From: Octopus sinensis
Lineage: Eukaryota
NCBI RefSeq assembly: GCF_006345805.1
Contig: NC_043014.1
Span: forward strand, 4,216,001 to 4,280,000
Direction of reading: 5' to 3'
DNA: 64,000 nucleotides
How positions within the stretch are numbered: position 1 is the first letter of the stretch; each line of letters opens with the position of its first letter. The translations under genes were made by a program, and so were the position numbers. Below the pieces are notes generated by a model. It saw nothing but the letters and a program-made list of their open reading frames with translations, made no database searches and was not told the DNA's origin. This document shows positions 50,399 to 64,000 of this stretch, in pieces.

Positions 50399-52779
50399 TG
50401 CATGCATGTATGTATGTATGCATGTATGCATGTATGTATGTATGCATGTATGCATGTATGTATGTATGTATGTATGTATGTATGCATGTATGTATGTATG
50501 TATGTATGTATGTATGCATGTATATATGTATGCATGTATGTATGTATGTATGTATGTATGTAAGCATGTATGTATGTATGCATGTATGTATGTATGTATG
50601 TGTGTATGTATGCCTGTTTCTATGTATTTATCCATGTATGCATGTATATACGTATGTATGTATGTATGTATGTATGTATGTATGTATGTATGTATGTATG
50701 TATGCATGTATGTATGTCAGGTCACTTTCGTGTGCTACTGGTAACATGTAACCCAGTACAACCTGCTGCATTGTCGGGTCACCGGCGACTAAACCGGCAA
50801 CCGCACCAAGCTTGCTTGGTGAGGAGGGTGCTTATTGGACACCCTGCGGGATGAAAAACAAAACCGTCAAAGACCGGATGAACTCTTGAGAGTCAACGGC
50901 CATCAAACTGTCTTAAGGCCGTATCATGCGCGGGGACAAAGAAATAATCGGACTGAATATCCGATCGCGCGGTTAAACCATTGGGAGTGAAGGACTCCTA
51001 CACTTTGTAAGGGCATCCTTCTAGGAGAAGGTAACTCAGGTAACTGGGATAACTTCGATATAAAATCTGCGGCTCAGTGGTTACAGATGATGTTGACTTG
51101 TTTTTCTTTTCGGATTATGGCTGCTGTTGCTTAGTTACTGGGATTGACTCAGTGCACAGCCTTTCCTCGCTTTAAAAAAAATTTTCATGCACAGGCATTG
51201 CAAGATAACAACATTGATTAAGCTTCGTGCAATGGCCCATACTCGATAACGAGGGGGCAGCCACCAAGTATGTATGTATGTATGTATGGATGGATGGTTG
51301 TAAGTATGTGTATATGTATGTATGTATGTGTATATGTGTCTATCGATATATACATGATTACATTCATACATACATGCATGCATACGTGTATACATACATA
51401 TATGTATGTATACATATATGCACGCATGTATGTATGTATAAATGTATGTATGTATGTATGTATGCGTGTGTGTATGTATGTATGTTTGTATGTATGTATG
51501 TGTGTATGTATGAATATATATGTGTGTGTGTGTGTATGTATATATGTGTGTATGTATGCATGGGTGTATGTATGTATATATGTAAATATGTGTGTATGTA
51601 TGTGTGTATGTATGTATGTATGTGAGATTGTATGTATGTATGCATGTATGCATGTATGTATGCCTGTATGTATGTGTGCATATATGTATGTATATATGTA
51701 TGTATGTATGTTTGTATGTATACCTGTATGTATGTATGTATGTATGTATGTGTGCATGTATGTATGTATGTATATATGTATGTATGGGTGGGTGGGAATT
51801 GGTAGGTTTTGATTTTGATATTCACATAAAACTTTTCTAATCCGATTAACGCTTGTTGTGTAGAATCCAATCCGAACAGCGGACTTCATTAGATTAAGTC
51901 TTGCGATTACTGTGTGGTTTGAACGAAATACTTCCCACGCTGAATATTAAAACAGTGTGTGAGTGTGTGTGTGTGTGTATGTGTGTGAGTGTGTGTGTCA
52001 GTGTGTGTGTCAGTGTATGTGCGTATGTCGGTGTGTGTGTGAGTGTCAGTGTGTGCGTGTGTGTGCATGTGTGTGTGTCAGTGTGTGTGTGTGTGTGCGT
52101 GAATGTGTGTGTGTTTGTCAGTGTGTGCGTGTGTGTGTATCAGTGTGTGTGTGTGTTAGTGTGTGTGTGTGTGAGTGTGTGTATGTGTGAGTGTGTGTGT
52201 GTATGACAATGTATGTGTGTGTGTATCAGTGTGTGCGTGAGTGTGTGAGTGTGTGTGTGCGTGAGTGTATGTGTTTCTGTGTGTTAGTGTGTGTGTGTGT
52301 GTGAGTGTGTGTGTGGGGGGTGTCAGTGTGTAAGTGTGTGTGTGTGCCTTTGTCTCTGTGTATTCGTCTGTTGAACGAAATACTTCCCACACTGAATATT
52401 AAAACAGTTTCCCAATAATAACAAATAAAATTAAATAACAACATTAATAAATAAATATATCTTAATATATCCAGAAACAGGAATCATTTCACTTTACACG
52501 TGTCTCTCATTCATCAAAATATTTTGCTAATTATTGTGTGACAATATCAAACCATCTCTTTCCAATAATTAAACCTGTCAGACATGTTCACACCCGCTTT
52601 TACAGTTCCACCAATCGCATTGGTTCATAAATTTACGATAAGATCTATGCCAGAGCTGGGTTGTTGTGCGCTCAATAAATACGTGGAATTCAGTTACAGG
52701 TCTTCAGCTTAAACCTCGCATCTCGATCTTTTGTTGAAGCCACACGAAGTATCACGTACGACCGACAACTGTCACCAGA

Positions 52780-64000
<11,221 letters not shown>

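Overview
Eukaryotic, microsatellite-rich DNA with one 100-N gap (21469-21568). The repeat content looks like an octopod cephalopod, but that is inference and was not searched. The window is a head-to-tail tandem array (~13-17 kb period) of a small 4-exon, + strand gene that the ORF track only partly shows. Exon 1 (144 nt) encodes a short basic tail, a hydrophobic helix and a neck. Exon 2 (52 nt) is a stalk, exon 3 (75 nt) carries the YTRWGRTTC motif, and exon 4 (~500 nt) completes a 10-Cys 'short-chain collagen C4-like' (spongin-related, NC1-type) domain. The product is a ~255-aa type II membrane protein with no Gly-X-Y repeats. Five copies are visible. A is an orphan exon 4, B is frameshifted (partly in low-quality sequence), C has exons 2-4 intact but exon 1 deleted, D is complete, and E is intact up to the window edge. 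Exons 1-3 are nearly invariant, while exon 4 varies strongly in a few short loops and is mosaic between copies. This resembles a diversifying receptor or recognition-protein cluster, possibly with alternative terminal exons. The introns hold SINEs, Helitron remnants, an RTE-like LINE, a Penelope-like GIY-YIG fragment, several fold-back elements and at least three families of hammerhead-ribozyme-like motifs, two with intact cores. All calls were made by eye, with no database searches.
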